Assembly (NCBI RefSeq): GCF_018350175.1
Contig: NC_058368.1
Location: 71,364,001-71,428,000 of the forward strand
Direction of reading: 5' to 3'
DNA length: 64,000 bases
From: Felis catus
Lineage: Eukaryota
The stretch's first letter is position 1. Each line of letters begins with the position of its first letter. The notes below the pieces were generated by a model, which worked only from the letters and a program-made list of their open reading frames with translations, was not told the DNA's origin and did not search any database. The position numbers and the translations under genes are program-made. This document shows, piece by piece, positions 41,513 to 53,602 of the stretch.

Positions 41513-42474
41513 CTTGTGTTCTGTTATTTGATATTTATGTTGCTCTTCCAGGCTTCTAATTCAAGTTCTAATGGCTACATCTTTTCCTTAAAGTATTCAA
41601 CTAAGTTGCATAGTTATTTTATCCCAGAAATTCCCCTTGAGCATGGGGGTATGTGTGCATGTGTTACTACCCTTGAAGTTTCTAAATGCCCCATTGCTTT
41701 TTTTTTTTTTTCCTCCTGTTCCTCAGCTGCTCTGTTTCACTAGGTGTCTATAGTCATTATTCTGAATGATTGGCCTGTCCCTGATGGATAAGCTGCCTCC
41801 CGTGGCTTTACTGTAGTTGATTTTGGGTTCAGTACTGAGTTCTGTTTGTTGTAATATTCAAAGTGGCAGCAGTCCTTCGAGTGGTTGAAGACACAGCCTT
41901 ATCTACTCCTGAGGTCAGGAAGAGCATATATCTCTTCGTGTTCTCTTCGTCTCCAGGAGAATCCAGCTAATATTCATTCACTACTCAGACTTGTTAGCCG
42001 AGTGATCAGGGACTCTCCTGGAGCCTTTAGCAACTGTGTTTTCTGGCAGCATAGATCTCTGCAGGCCAAGCTGTCTCCCTGACCTCTTCTTTCACATCTT
42101 TTCCTGGGGATCTCTGAAGCTGGCCTCCAGGTGTCCCCCAGCCCACGGGAGACCACAGCCACCTGCTCTTCATCACTGTTTGCAGTATCCTGAACTGCTC
42201 ACTGACTCTGGGGGAAATAGAGACCATGGGATTTGGAGTGGAGCGGTGCTGGTTTGGCCATCTTCCAAAGCAGAAATATTTAACCAGGGTTACCTGGATG
42301 TCGTTAAGCAGCTTTGGAGGAATCTGTGGACCCTCTGAAATTGGATACATGCTTTTCTAGAGAGAAATTTAGTGAGGTTCTAGACCCTAAAATGGTTCAT
42401 AACAGCTATAGCTGACTAATGGGCAAGTCCTTTATTCATTGTTTTCATTAATTGCAAACATCCTCTATTCTGAT

Positions 42475-42660
42475 TAGCGCAAGTAAATCCTAGCTCTACT
42501 CCTTCCTGGTTGTAGGACTATGAGGAAGTTCCTTAACTTTATTATGCTTCATTACCTGCATCTATAAAGGGACAGTAACTGTAGCATGTGCTCTATAGGA
42601 TTGTGGGCATTAAATGAGTTAATGCATTTAAAATGCTCAGAAAAGTGCCTGATTTAGACT
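42475..42660 (+). mobile_element. MIR
   Basis: aaatcctagctctact...ataggattgtgggcattaaatgagttaatgcatttaaaatgctcagaaaagtgcctg. Confidence 0.8.
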
Positions 42661-44168
42661 AAACACTCCTTCTTCCTGAGAATTTCACCATGATATTCTG
42701 CATGCTATGTTTGTTAAATGTGGTTAACGTGTTTACTATTACTATTGTCATTATTAGGAAAGCTTGTCAGTAGTCATTTTTTTCAAATGGCAAACTGAGC
42801 CACAAATTAATAACTTTTTAAATTATTCTTTTGTCTGTTAACTGCAGAAACATTGTTGCAAATGAACAAATATACTTGCAATAAACCACTTTGAAAGGTA
42901 TCTTTTTATCATAAGGATATTTGTGCAAGAGACTAGGAGACTAGAAGACTTGGAAATCTAAAAATGAAGCTGATGCGTAAAAGTGTTTGTTACATTCATA
43001 TGTTATTTTTGCTTAGACCTTTTTGCTAGAAGATTAATGTTAGGACCCTGAATATACCTTTGCAAATTCGTGTGTGTGTATAATTGCTAATTTCCAAGTG
43101 TAGGTTGTTTATAGATTTTAGTTCTTTGGGAAAACAGCCTTTATGTAGTCTACAAAGATTATAAGAACTGGAACACTGTCAAGTAGAAAGGAATAATATC
43201 TTACAGTAGTGAACGCCCAGGTGTGGTCAGCTGGCTGACCATTCCATATCCTTAAGAAAAGAGAGCTGAATTCTCCCACTTTTGTTAGATTTTAGTCAGT
43301 TGCTCATATGTGATTGCCACAGTGAAATCAGAATCTACTTTCACAATGGGATGGAAGAGAAAGTGAAGTGGAATTGATGAGATTCTATGGAGACGAGACA
43401 CCCCCACCTCCCATCAGATAATTCTGCACCATGTGGTATCTTTATATTGCAGAAGGATTTTAGAAACTCTAAATTGATTTTTCCTCTTTGTTATTTCACT
43501 TATTTAAAAATTAAGAATTATTGCAATCCAAATTCTGATTTCTAAGAATTGACTGTAACTGACAAATACCATATTCTAATTTCAGAGCAGTTTTGGATTT
43601 TAAAAATATTCAGGATTGTCCATACTAAAAGAGTTCGGTCTTGTTTGAAGTTAGAGTGTTGATTGAAAGAATAATCGATGCAATTAGGATAAATTAATAG
43701 GGAAAATGGATTTGTGACTAATTTGTAAAATTACATTTTTGCCAGAAGGGACATTTTAGATATGGGCAGAAGTTGACCTTTTTGATTATTTTTAAAGTCA
43801 GGCCAAGGTTCACAGACTGGCTTAGAGTAAGCCAGAACTGGAGTGTTCTGGAATATTTGAAGCCAGTCTCATATGAAACTGAGAATACAGTGTAGTCTAT
43901 GCTATATTTTCCCTTTATATTTATTGAGTCTTATTAGAAAGTTGAAGGAAAGAAGTTTCTATTACTCAGATGTGAATAGGTCAGATACCTTCACTTAGGT
44001 TTTTGTTTGAAAGCATACTGTGGTGTCTACTATTGAAAGACTATTCTGGTGTCTTTGAGTTCTGGACTCTTACCTAGATTTTAATTTTTCAAATTTGTTC
44101 CTGTGTTAGTTTCCTAGAGCTGCTGTAACAACGTGCCATAGACAGGGTGGCCTAACCAGAAGAAATTT

Positions 44169-44479
44169 TTTTTTTAATGTATAATTTATTGTCAAATTGG
44201 TTTTGACAACACCATACAACACCCAGTGCTCATCCCAACAGGTGCCCTCCTCAATGCCCGTCACCCGCTTCCCGTCTCCCCCACCCCCATCAACCCTCAG
44301 TTTGTTCTCAGTATTTAAGAGTGTCTTATGGTTTGCCTCCTTCCCTCTCTGTAACTTTTTCCCCCTTCCCCTTTCCCCCTTCCCCTACCCCCTGGTCTTC
44401 TGTTAAGTTTCTCAGGATCCACATATGAGTGAAAACATATGGTATCTGTCTTTCTCTGCCTGACTTATTTCACTTAGCA
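44169..44479 (-). mobile_element. Short 5'-truncated carnivore L1 3' end
   Basis: acacccagtgctcatcccaaca...ccctcagtttgttctc...catatgagtgaaaacatatggtatctgtctttctctg; TSD taaccagaagaaattt / taaccagcagaaattt. Confidence 0.9.
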
Positions 44480-44656
44480 TAACCAGCAGAAATTTATTTT
44501 CTCATAGTTCTGGCTAGAAGTCTAAAATGAAGATATTCACAGTGTTGGTTTCTTCTGGTGGCCTCTCTCTGTGGCCTGCAGATGGCCGTCTTGTCTCTGT
44601 GTCTTCACATGGTCTGTCTTCTGTGCTGTGTGTTCGTGTCCTAATTTCTTCTTCTT

Positions 44657-44892
44657 CTTTTTTTCAAAAAAAGAACATTAAAAAAATTTTTTTTTAATGT
44701 TTATTGTTGAGAGACAGAGACAGAGCGCAAGCATGGGAGGGGCAGAGAGCGAGGGAGACACAGAATCTGAAGCAGGCTCCAGGCTCTGAGCTGTCAGCAC
44801 AGAGCCCGACGTGGGGCTTGAACCCACAGACAGCAAGATCATGACCTGAGCTGGAGTCGGACACTTAACCCACTGACTCACCCAGGCTCCCC
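44657..44892 (-). mobile_element. CAN-SINE inside MLT1
   Basis: TSD-like cctaatttcttctt / cctaatctcttctt. Confidence 0.92.
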
Positions 44893-45626
44893 CCTAATCT
44901 CTTCTTTTAAGGACATTAGTCATGTGGGATTAGGGCCCACCCTAATGACCTCATTTTAAGTTAATTGCCTCTTTGAAGACCCTGTCTCCAAATACAGTCA
45001 TATTCTGAGGTACTGAGGGGTTAGGGCTTAAACATATGAAATGGGGGAAGAGGGGGGACACAGTTCAGCCCATAACATAAAGCCGTTATCCTTTCTTCAT
45101 CTAGCTATTTGTGTTGGGAAGCTCGGGGAAGCTCTATAATAGAATCTCTTCAGTTTTTACTGCCACACTTGAATATAGCCATTATTTTCAAGGTGAGTTT
45201 ACAGGAATCCTATGTTGGGGCCCATTTCCCAATGTGCTTTTTATCTTTGAGTGCTGTGGATCAAAATGTATTAACTTTAGATCTTTATTTTGAAATCCTG
45301 TATTCTCAGAAGGTAGAGCATCAGAATTTTAATAGATGTATGCTAGGTTCTGTTCTGGACAAAGAAGCTCTCTGAACCGAAAGAGCACAACCAAAAATAA
45401 TGGCATCTGTTATACTTTCAGGCTGGAATAATAACAAACCGAACAGGGATCTGTTATGCCAAATACCATTTTGAAACTCAGTTTTATATAACAGGGCAAT
45501 TTCCTCATAATTCAACAGGTAGTTACACCTAAACTACTCTGTTGAGTTGAATCAAACAGGTTCTGCTTACCAAAGAGAGCGTTCCCAAACCAAGTCTTGT
45601 AACATTTGTTGGGTTAGATTTGATGT

Positions 45627-46021
45627 ATTTATTTATTTTTTCTTTTTCTTTTTTCTTTTTTTAATGTTTATATTAGAGAGAGAGACAGTCTGTGAGCAGG
45701 GGAGGGACAGAGAGAGCTGGAGACAGAGCCTGTACAGAGCCTGATGCAAGGCCAGAACCCATGAGCTGCAAGATCATGACCTGAGCCTGTCAGGTGCTTA
45801 ACTGACTGAGCCACCCAGGTGCCCCAAGACTTGATGCATTTAATAAAGATGTTTCGTAAAATCACGTTAATTTTGCAAAATTATAAAAAACGTTATTTGA
45901 ATATTATTCTTTTTTTAATTAAAATTTTATTTTTATTTTTTATTTGTTTTTTCCTGAGAGAGAGCGCATGATCAGGGGAAGGGCAGAGAGAGAGAGGGAG
46001 AGGGAGGGAGGGAGGGAGGGG

Positions 46022-46063
<42 letters not shown>

Positions 46064-46202
46064 GACAGGCTGAATCTGAAGCAGGCTCCAGGCTCTGAGC
46101 TGTCAGCACAGAGCCTGACACCAGACTCGAGCTCACAAGATTGTGAGATCATGGCCTGAGCTGAAGTCAGACACTTAACTGACTGAGTCACCCAGGCACC
46201 CC
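45627..46202 (-). mobile_element. Two CAN-SINEs (about 45627-45824, 45910-46202); the second has (GGGA)n(GA)n(GACA)n
   Basis: Two antisense bodies and heads. Confidence 0.9.
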
Positions 46203-46818
46203 TGATTATTACTCTTAATGTTCACTCACCAAATACCTCTTCTTTGTAACTCATATGCCTTCTCTATAAAATGAGAGTGGAGTATTAAGGAACAGGTTCA
46301 TGCATATGGTGGGATTTTGTAAATTTCAGTGCTATTACATGTTAGTTAGGTATGTTGGTTGGGTCATCTTTGGGGACACCTTCTGCCTTGACTAGGCAAT
46401 TGGGCCACCATTTACCAGTTGACAATTACAACCAAATACTTCTTCATTTAAGGAATTTTGAATACTTTTCATAACCCTCCTTCTCTCTCATGGCCAAGTT
46501 AACACATACTTCTTTGTTCTGACTTCTCTATACTTTCTGTGACTTTTTTCTCTTTTGAACTTCCCTCAGTGTTAATTTTCATTTGAGGTTAACTTAAGTG
46601 TATAATTAGAATTGCCTGTATTTTGCTCTTCTTGAGGAAAACTTGCCTGTTACTTCATTACCTATTCTTTAAATCTTAGGAATTGTTAGGCAAATAACAC
46701 AAAATATTTAAAAGTTTAAGTCAGAGAAAACCTATTGAACAAATTATCTACTATTGATTATTTAACACGGTGGATTTTGATTAAAGAGAAAATGTTGACT
46801 AAGGCAGATATCTTTATT

Positions 46819-46865
46819 ATTATTTTAATGTTTATTTATTTGAGAGAGAACACAAGCAGGGGAGG

Positions 46866-46908
<43 letters not shown>

Positions 46909-47061
46909 AGAGAGAGAGAGAATGAATGAATGAATGAATGAATCCCAAGCAGGCTCTGCACTGCCAGCACAGAGCCCGATGCGGAGCTTGAACCCACAAA
47001 CTGTGAGATCATGACCTGAGCTGAGATCAAGAGTTGGATGCTTAACAAACTGAGCCACCCA
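46819..47061 (-). mobile_element. CAN-SINE with (GA)n and (GAAT)n
   Basis: TSD agatatctttat. Confidence 0.92.
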
Positions 47062-47374
47062 AGATATCTTTATGTTTGATTGAAGATAAAATGTTGATCA
47101 AGTCAGATATCTTTATTTTAATAATATTTTATTATATAAAACAAACTTTAGTGATGTTGCTTTAATTTGTATTAATTTTATGTGAAATTCTTTCAGATGT
47201 ACAGAAAAATTGCAAAATGTCACAAAGATGTTCTGAACACCTTTCACTAACATTTACATTTGCTTTATGTCTCTCTCTCTATGTCTTCTTTGCCTGGAAC
47301 ATTTAAGGGTAAATTGCAGGCCTGGTATCCCTTTACTTCTAAATATGTCTGTATTTCCTAAAACAAGAAGGTTC

Positions 47375-47376
47375 GT

Positions 47377-47428
<52 letters not shown>

Positions 47429-47688
47429 TTCCTTTCTTTTCCTTTCTTTTCCTTTCTTTTCCTTTCTTTTCCTTTCTTTTCTTTTCTTTCTCTCCCTCCC
47501 TCCTCCTCCTCCTCCTCCTTTTTGAGTGATGGGGTGGGGGAAGGGGCGGAGGGAGGGAAGGAGAGAGGGAGAAAGAGAATCTTAAACAGGCTCCATGCTC
47601 AGCTCAGAGCTCAATGCTGCACTTGATCCCATGACCCTGGGATCATGACCTGAGCCAAAGTCAAGAGTCAGATACCATCCAGGCACCC
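47375..47688 (-). mobile_element. CAN-SINE whose tail expanded into (CTTT)n(CCTTTCTTTT)n(CCT)n
   Basis: Pyrimidine tract about 47375-47523 followed by an antisense SINE body. Confidence 0.88.
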
Positions 47689-50179
47689 CAAGAAAATTAT
47701 TTTACATTACCACAGTGCCATTATAAAAATCGGGATATTAACATTTACATATTATTTATTATCTAATCTACGGATCATATTCAGATTTTACTGGTTGTTC
47801 CACTAAAGTCTTTCAGGGTAAAAGAAACCCATTTTCTGGACCCTACATTACATTTACTTGTCATACCTCTTTTTCTCCATCTAGAACAGTTTGTTAGTCT
47901 TTTTTTTTTTCCAACTATGATCTTTACATTTTTTCATGAGCACAGGCTCTTTATTTTATAGAACATCCCTCATGTTGCATCTGTCTGCTTTCTGATGATT
48001 ATATTGAGGCTCTGTATCTTGTCAAGTATACAGAAAATGTACTGTCCTCCTCTGACCACCACTTAGGAGACCTGCGAGGTCTGTTTATCCCGTTACTGCT
48101 GAGGTTGACTTGGTTAACTGATGTCTCTTACATTTCTTTACTGTAGAGTTACTACTTTTCCCTTCGTCATCAGTAAGGTGTTTTATTGGGAGTTACTTTA
48201 GTACTGGAAATGTTTCATGATACTTTCACTCACTAGTTTTAGATACTTCACTGTTTGTATTTAATGAGAAATGAGGTTAAAGATTGCGATGGCAGACCCA
48301 ATGCTGGAAAGACTTGTTTTTCTAAGTTCGTTAGTGTTGAAGTTTGATGCATTAAGAACTCAGAGGTGAAGCAAAATCAGATTTATCTCACTGTTGGATT
48401 TGATAAGCTCAGTTATTTATTTTTTGGGGGGAAATACATTTAAAGGAACAAATACATTTGAAAACAGAGTGGCAAGAGGTCTATACACAAACACGGATAT
48501 TAGTGACAGCTTGCTGGTGATCAAGAAGACAAAACTAAATGAAAATAGCAAATGGATTTATAAAAAGCTGGATGTTTGCAATCATCTGGTGTAGGCATAT
48601 AGAACTATATAGACTCACTCTAGCACGATTGTGTGTTCCATAGTATGACATTTCATGATTGTAGCTGTTTGCACCTATTTGAACAAAACATTCATGGAGA
48701 GATAGGGGCATTGCCAGTACAAACTGATTTATCAGCTACTAACAGACCCTGCAGAGTGCACATTCTCTCACTAATCCCAATCACAAATTTGTCTTCAAGG
48801 ATTCAGGAATTCTGACTTGTTTTGGGCTTTTTTTTTTTTTTTTTTTTTTTTACTAATGTGTAATTTTTTTGTGGTGGGAGTAGTTTAGGTCTTTTGTTGA
48901 CTAAACCATGAGATTTATATACTAGAATGTCAGTGTATTAATCTTCAAATGCAGAATCATACTATTTAGTGTATCCTTATTCATATACTTCTTGGAACTA
49001 GCACCCTTTCTACTGGGTAGAAAAATTATGTGTGAAGCCAGGTTCTCGAAAATTTTTTTGTCACAATAAGGGAATTCATTTTTGTATTTTGAATATTTAA
49101 GGCATGGTTTCTAAAAGTGTGTTCCATGGATTTCTCAACCCATAGGATATCGTCCAAAAGCAGGTGTGTGGGTGAATAAGTGCTGTATAATACCCTCCTC
49201 TTGAGAATCCCAAAGCATACTGACAGATTAATGAGTCTGAGGAGTCTTAAAAAAAAAAAAAAAAAAAGAAGAAGAACATATTTAACTTAGGTGAAATCAC
49301 TGTTTTCTGAATAGAAGTGACATAGAAACCTTGTGGGTTTTTTTCCCCCCTTCCACATAATAGTCCTCTGAATATATGTTTATTGGCATTAAACTTATGT
49401 AGATTTTTCTTCTGGTGGGACAAGACAAAATTGTTGGCCTACCAGACACCAGTCTTTGAGTCTCTCTTTGAATAACCTTTCGTTCCAGTTAGCTGCCTTC
49501 ACTTTCCATTGATCCTCGCTCCCTGCCCTTTTTTCCCCCCTTTTAAAACATATTTTTAAAACTTCTATTGAATTATATTTTGGCCTGGGAACTGTTTCGT
49601 CTCTTTGTATATCTCTGTTCTGATCTCTTAAGTATGGAGTTTGACTTGCAGAGGGGAACCTGTTTCCAAGTTCTCAGAAATGGGGCTATACATGGTTATT
49701 GAAGCAATGTTATGCCTACAAGATTCCTGGTGATACTAAGGCAGGCTCTAACGGAAATGTTTCACACATCCAGTTGAATAACTTCAGAGTTATATTCAAA
49801 TGTATTTAGAAATATTTCTTTAACAATACTTGAACCTAAGTGGGTACGTTTTTTAAGTTCTGCACGTAATGATTTTGCCTGTGCATCTAGTTGTTATTCT
49901 AGTTACCTACTTAATTATTTTATTTTGATATGATTGTAGCTCACTAATTGAGATTGAAAAATGTGTTGTTTCTGTTCTATAATTCTAAGTTAGTGTCAAG
50001 TGGGTCCATTTTTGGATTTCATTTAATATGGGTCTTACATACTTTTCTCTTAGACAGTTACAGAAAATCTTCTAAGGTAAACAGAGCCTTATAATGAATT
50101 TGGGTCTTTAAACTTTAATAATACTGTGTTTTATAGAAGACAACAGCACCTAATTATGCAGCTGTTTATGTTTACTACA

Positions 50180-50292
50180 TTTTTTTAAGTTTTTTTTTTT
50201 TTAAGTAATCTCTACACCCAATGTGGGGCTTGAACTCACGACCCTGAGATTAAGAGTCACATGCTCCCCTGACTGAGCCAGCCAAGCGCCCC
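50180..50292 (-). mobile_element. Short tRNA-like CAN-SINE
   Basis: taatctctacacccaatgtggggcttgaactcacgaccctgagattaagagtc...gcgcccc; TSD-like tttactacat. Confidence 0.9.
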
Positions 50293-51940
50293 AGTTTACT
50301 ACATGTTTTTATATGCATTTTTATATGAGGAGAATAGGACCGTCATACCATCTCTGGAGTGACCTGAATGCCAGTGCTGCCTCTACCATTTGCTGTAGAT
50401 GTGTCTCTGGATTTGCTGCTCACTTATTCATTCAATATATATTGATTTGCCTAGTATATTTTCTGGGCACTAGCCAGAGGAGGAAATTAAGTCATTCACT
50501 TTTAAAATTGTTTTCTCACCTATGGAGGTGTATGAATAGTATTGACATAAAGCCCTTGGCACATAGTAGGCTCACTTTGAATAGAGTGATAAGATGCCTT
50601 CCCATTCAGATTTGTTTCTAGCAGTGATAGAGGGGCTTTACACTGTTCCTTTCTTGTTATATTTATCATATAGAATCTTGTTTCTCAAAAAACCATAATT
50701 TGCTTTGAAAAATTTAATTTTTGAACTATCTAATAAGATCTTTATTTAGTGTCACGTTCATTTTGCAAAGGGTAGATGCTTATTTTAGTGATGATTTGTC
50801 ATTAAAATTATGTCAAAATGTCTTAAAATGTTGTTGAAACTGTAAACAAACTCATAACACACACAGAGCTAATTATGGATGCCATCTGTTTATTTTTACA
50901 AAGCTTTTTTCTTTTTTTTTTTTTAAGACCATGGCATTGTCTGCTTATGATAAGCTTCGAGATTATTATAATGACTAAGTCCTGTCCTTCAATTAGTGTA
51001 GTTGAAGATGGGAAGACAATTCGTTTGTTCATTGACCTTTTCCCGTGTCAGAGTTTATGAAATTGGACATGTCATGAAAAAGAAACTATTAAGAGGTGCA
51101 TTTGGAACATGCTTTAGTTTTTATGAGGAAAGAAATTGGTATTTAAACTAACAGATGTGGATAAAGTTTTAAATTTTTAAAACTTCTTCAAGGTTTTTGA
51201 TGAGAGACCTATCATTTGCTCCTTATCAGTGCCGTAAGTGGCTTTTTTGTAGCTTCGTTAAATTTAGGAACTTGCGAGCAATCAAGCAAATTCATAATGA
51301 TGTGTATCCCTGTTAGCATCCCTCTATGTCAGTGCATGTTTTTGTACATGTGTATCCCATGTGTGAGTGTGGAAGGCCAGGGATCCCCATGACAGCATCA
51401 TCCAAAGTAGTTATCGGCAATTTGCTGAAAAAGCAGAGTGATTTCACTGGCTCAGTTTTGCTATTGTGCATGCTAAGCACTCCCCATGTAAGTCTGAAGG
51501 GAAAACAACCTGCAGGATCCATCTGCTCCTTTCTGCTACACTGCATTGATGTAAGAGTACGCTAATCTGGTTGCTTGTCAGGACAGGTTAGTGAAAGCAT
51601 GAGAGTGAGTGAGACCAGGCTAGCTTAGTGCTTTGGAAAATCATAAGCTGCCTCTGTGGATGCCATGCTAAGTGTAGCAGAATAGTTGATTACCAGCCAT
51701 ACCGAGGATTGCAGCTAAATATGTAATTTTCAGATAAGAATTAGTTTCAGAATTGAAAGTGGGAAGCATTGCTGGACGACATCTAATTAAAAACTGAGAC
51801 AAGTGATACAGATAGCTTACAAATACTTTTTAGGCATTGGGGTTTTTTTCTTTTTGTAAATCATGCTTTGTATTAGATTGTGCTTGTTTAATTTTATTCT
51901 CTCGGTTTTTTAGTTAAAAATGATTAAATGTTATGTATAA

Positions 51941-52189
<249 letters not shown>

Positions 52190-53527
52190 TGAATGATGTT
52201 CACAGAAAGCATGGTGGTTGTGTCCCGAGACATGGGACCAGGGAAAACTAAACAGCAAGAGCAAGTTAGGGCTTCATAACCCATGTGATGTGTTTGCTTA
52301 TGTAATAGAGAATCAAACCAGGCAAAAGAGGGGGCAGTTTTGACGCAATGCAAAATAGTTTTAAAAGACTGAGTTTGTTTAAGTTCTGTGTATTTCTGTG
52401 CACGGGCAAGATAGCCACCAATCAGTTTAAGGGGCAACAAAGCATTCGTTAAATATTCTTGCTTTTGTTAAATATTCAGTATGTTTGCATGGACCAGGGT
52501 TTTTATTTTGTTTGTTTTCAGATCACATTTGAAACGAACAGTCATTTATTTCTCTGTTGTTGTTTGTCTTTTGCTTTTTGTTTTTAAGAGCCTACCCTGC
52601 ATACACATTAGTTGTTAATATTAACTTAATTTTTTTTGCAAGTTTATTTTCTGATAAACCTTATGATTACATGAAAGTAGTGATTGAAATTTAAATTGCA
52701 AAGCTTTCATTCATAATTTTAATTATGGAATTTACTCCTAAGCTTTCAGTCCAAAACTTTTGTATTATAACTATATTAATCAGATAATGAAGCAATCAAC
52801 ATCTGAAAATGCTTTTTCAATGAGTGAAACAATTCAAGGAAGCATTTAATACTATCTTTTGCTTTTAGAATTCAAAGTCCTTTAAAAAAAAATAAATTAA
52901 TGGTACCTATGTTTAAGAATACTTGAAGTTGTTTTGAAATGTTTTTCAAGGATCTTGAGAATATACTTGCCCGGGTTATTGTTCTTGCTTTTTATCATAC
53001 TTTAAATGGTATTGTTATGACACTGAACTCATTTAATTTTGATCTAAGATATTTACAAGTGGGGCACATATCTAATAATAGCACATGCAAAGTTTTTTTT
53101 CAGGTCTTGAAGAACCAAAATTCTCTAATTTTGCCGTATGTGAACTGTTTTGAGAGCAAGAAAAACAGTTATCTTTAGTGCACTACAGTTGCTGTTCTGA
53201 ACTTGGGGATGTTTTGATGTAACGCCTAGGTTATTTTATTTTTGCCCAAGGCATTTGAAGACAATTTATAAAATGTTGGAATTTTACCAATTTCAATAAA
53301 GTATGACTAAGGTCAGGCTCAATTCTGCTTACATTTCAGTTTAATTTTTAAATACTTCTCCAAGTAATCTAGAGTGAGTATAAGACAGTGATCTTAGGAA
53401 ATCGTGATTTGGTAAATACTGTGTGTTGAAAATAGATCTATAAATGCTTCTTCATTGTATAAATATTTAACCTTACTTTGCTGATTTATATTTCAAAGAC
53501 TGTGCTTCCTTTCCTTTGAACTTTCAG

Positions 53528-53602
53528 GACCCCTACAAGTCTTTTGGTTTACCATCCGTTGGGAGATTGTCTCAGTACCAAGAACCAATACATCTACCTG
53601 GT
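53528..53602 (+). CDS. PCCA: PCCA exon (exon 14 equivalent), 75 nt: [25 protein letters not shown]
   Basis: Acceptor ttcctttgaactttcag, donor GGT|gtaagt. Confidence 0.96.

Larger units (their letters stand above)
44102..45077 (-). mobile_element. MaLR LTR (MLT1B/C-like) interrupted by an L1 3' end and a SINE
   Basis: Starts tgtgttagtttcctagagctgctgtaacaa, ends ggacacagttcagcccataaca; contains gattagggcccaccctaatgacctcattttaa. Confidence 0.9.
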
